Source: Nitrosopumilus sp. (GTDB lineage: Archaea; Thermoproteota; Nitrososphaeria; Nitrososphaerales; Nitrosopumilaceae). From it: a stretch of DNA of 64,000 nt. Within the stretch, counting starts at the first letter, position 1, and every line of letters begins with the position of its first letter. This document shows, piece after piece, positions 62,018 to 64,000 of the stretch. Location: NCBI GenBank assembly GCA_965204345.1, contig OZ241981.1:1216001-1280000 (forward strand), read 5' to 3'. A program made the position numbers and the translations under genes. The notes beneath the pieces were generated by a model. That model worked only from the letters and a program-made list of their open reading frames with translations. It was not told the origin of the DNA and did no database searches.

Positions 62018-62740
62018 ATGCCTGGATTAATAGGAATAGGAGTAGGTCCCGGGGACGTTGATCTACTTACTGTCAAGGCAGTAAATGCAATTCAAAATGC
62101 TGATATCATAATGTGTCCTGCATCTAAGGAAGACAGACCCAGTATTGCATTTGGTGTTGTTTCGCCAATTATTGACAAATCAAAGAATCAGCAAATTGTA
62201 AAACTAATCTTTCCAATGACCAAAGACAAAGATGTTCTTGAAGCAACATGGAAGAAAAATGCTAAAATAATGGCAGAAACTGTCTTGACTGGAAAAAATG
62301 TCGTTTATCTTACAGTCGGAGATCCCTTCCTGTACAGTACCTGGATTTACATGCACAAAGACCTCAGAGCAAATTACCCAGAAATGAACATTAGCGTAAT
62401 TCCTGGAATTGTATCAATGTTTACATTTGCATCTAAAGTTGGCGTAAGCATAGCTGAGGGTGCAGAAAAAGTTGCAATCATTCCATCGTGCTATGATTTA
62501 TCTAGCGTTAAAGAGATTGCAAAAAATTCTGAATCCATGATATTTCTAAAGGATGGAAGATACTTTGATAAGGTAATTGATGTCCTAAAAGAATCCGGAT
62601 TTTCTGATGATTCCATTTTTGCAATCGGGCAAGATCTTGGAACAGAAAATGAAATTATTCGGAAAATGACCTTGGGCCAAGTAAATGATTCATCATTAAC
62701 CACAAAATATTTTTCAATCTTGGTGGTAAAACGTGTCTGA
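62018..62740 (+). CDS. cobI: Precorrin-2 C20-methyltransferase
   Basis: GVGPGD.LLTVKA, FPM, GDPFLYST, YFS. Confidence 0.92.
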   Translation: MPGLIGIGVGPGDVDLLTVKAVNAIQNADIIMCPASKEDRPSIAFGVVSPIIDKSKNQQIVKLIFPMTKDKDVLEATWKKNAKIMAETVLTGKNVVYLTVGDPFLYSTWIYMHKDLRANYPEMNISVIPGIVSMFTFASKVGVSIAEGAEKVAIIPSCYDLSSVKEIAKNSESMIFLKDGRYFDKVIDVLKESGFSDDSIFAIGQDLGTENEIIRKMTLGQVNDSSLTTKYFSILVVKRV

Positions 62741-63503
62741 TGTATTCTTTGTGGGCTGTGGCCCCGGCGATCCTGAACTAATTACAGTCAAAGCTAAAAA
62801 ACTAATCAAAAAAGCAGATGTTGTAGTTTATTCCGGATCTTTGATACCTGAGCCGATCTTGAAGCTCTGCAAAAAAGGCAAACTGCATGATGCTGCAAAG
62901 TTAGTTAGGGAAGAAATTTTTGATCTGTTATACAAGAATGCAAAAAAAGACAAACTCGTTGTAAGATTACACGACGGTGATCCCTCGATTTATGGCGCTA
63001 TCAAAGAACAGATTGACAATCTTGAAAAAAAAGGAATCAGGTCCACTGTTGTTCCCGGGGTTACCGCATTTTTGGCCTCAGCTGCTGCACTTGGAATGCA
63101 GCTAACACTGCCTGGAGTTACTCAAACTATCATTGTTACAAGGGCAGAATCAAGGACCAAAGTACCAAACCGTGAAAAAATTTCTGAGCTTGCAAAACAC
63201 AAAGCGACACTGATTTTTTATCTTAGCATCCAATTAATCTCTAATTTAGTTACTGAAGCAGTTGCAGGAGGATACAAAAAATCCACACCGGTTGCAGTAG
63301 TTTATCGTGCAAGCTGGAAGGATCAAAAAATAATCAAAGGAACCCTGGGTGACATTGCAAAAAAAGTAAGCGATGAAAAGATCACCAGAACTGCAATCGT
63401 AATAATTAGTGATGTAATAGATCCAGAGACGTATGAATATTCAAAGCTGTATGATAAAAAATTCAGTCATGGCTATAGAAAAGCCAAACTGACAAAAAAG
63501 TAA
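62733..63503 (+). CDS. cobM: Precorrin-4 C11-methyltransferase
   Basis: GPGDPELIT, RLHDGDPSIYGA, YRASW, SKLY...FSHGYR. Confidence 0.94.
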   Translation: MSDVFFVGCGPGDPELITVKAKKLIKKADVVVYSGSLIPEPILKLCKKGKLHDAAKLVREEIFDLLYKNAKKDKLVVRLHDGDPSIYGAIKEQIDNLEKKGIRSTVVPGVTAFLASAAALGMQLTLPGVTQTIIVTRAESRTKVPNREKISELAKHKATLIFYLSIQLISNLVTEAVAGGYKKSTPVAVVYRASWKDQKIIKGTLGDIAKKVSDEKITRTAIVIISDVIDPETYEYSKLYDKKFSHGYRKAKLTKK

Positions 63504-63576
63504 TCTTGTTTTTTATATTAGTCAAGCTTTGAAAAATTAAGGTTTAATATCTATCAATTTTTGTGATTGAATAGGT

Positions 63577-64000
63577 ATGTTAGAACAAAGAATTAGTGAG
63601 AATGGCCAAGTCTCTATAATAATTCCTACGTATAACGAATCAAAAAACATAATCAAAATCCTATCGCATATTGGAGAAATACTCCCAAAAAACATTTCAA
63701 TACAGGCAATTGTAGTAGATGATAACTCATCAGATGGAACCGGAAAACTTGTAGAAGATTATTTAAAAAATGTTAAAAAAATAGCAGATTATACAATAGA
63801 AATCATACATAGAAAAGCAAAAGCCGGATTAAGTTCTGCCATTCTCAAAGGAATCCAACAGGCAAAAGGTGACATGATCGTAGTCATGGATAGCGACTAT
63901 TCACATCCGCCACAAATAATCCTAAAAATGATTGAAGCATTCAAACAATATCAATGTGATCTTGTTGTAGCTTCAAGATACATTGCAGGAGGAAACATTC
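63577..64000 (+). CDS. GT2 polyprenol-phosphate glycosyltransferase (Dpm1-like), truncated by window end
   Basis: ATG 63577: VSIIIPTYNE, VVDDNSSDGT, GLSSAI, VMDSDYSHPP, ASRY. Confidence 0.9.
   Translation, partial: MLEQRISENGQVSIIIPTYNESKNIIKILSHIGEILPKNISIQAIVVDDNSSDGTGKLVEDYLKNVKKIADYTIEIIHRKAKAGLSSAILKGIQQAKGDMIVVMDSDYSHPPQIILKMIEAFKQYQCDLVVASRYIAGGNI

Overview
AT-rich, gene-dense core chromosome of an ammonia-oxidising archaeon (Nitrosopumilaceae-like, inferred from gene content: PolD DP1/DP2, GINS, thermosome, GGGP synthase, CFI-box-CTERM protein, Snf7/CdvB paralog, cobalamin and archaeosine genes). The window contains the probable replication origin (ORB repeats at ~20.3 kb), one tRNA-Pro(GGG) and about 75 CDS. 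I found no CRISPR array or intact mobile element. Most notable: (1) an intergenic box C/D-like RNA at 23.57-23.67 kb whose guide appears split across both strands of the 16S decoding helix h44 and points to C1402 by the N+5 rule; (2) an origin-linked cdc6 lacking its 5' end and start codon; (3) an origin-flanking cluster of four DNA-binding genes, one membrane-anchored, overlaid by dense GTGA(T) and TTAAC motif arrays; (4) two more strongly structured intergenic RNAs (38.5 kb, 51.5 kb); (5) several decayed gene remnants. All product calls come from motif recognition without database searches, and the rRNA target sequences are recalled, not present in this window.
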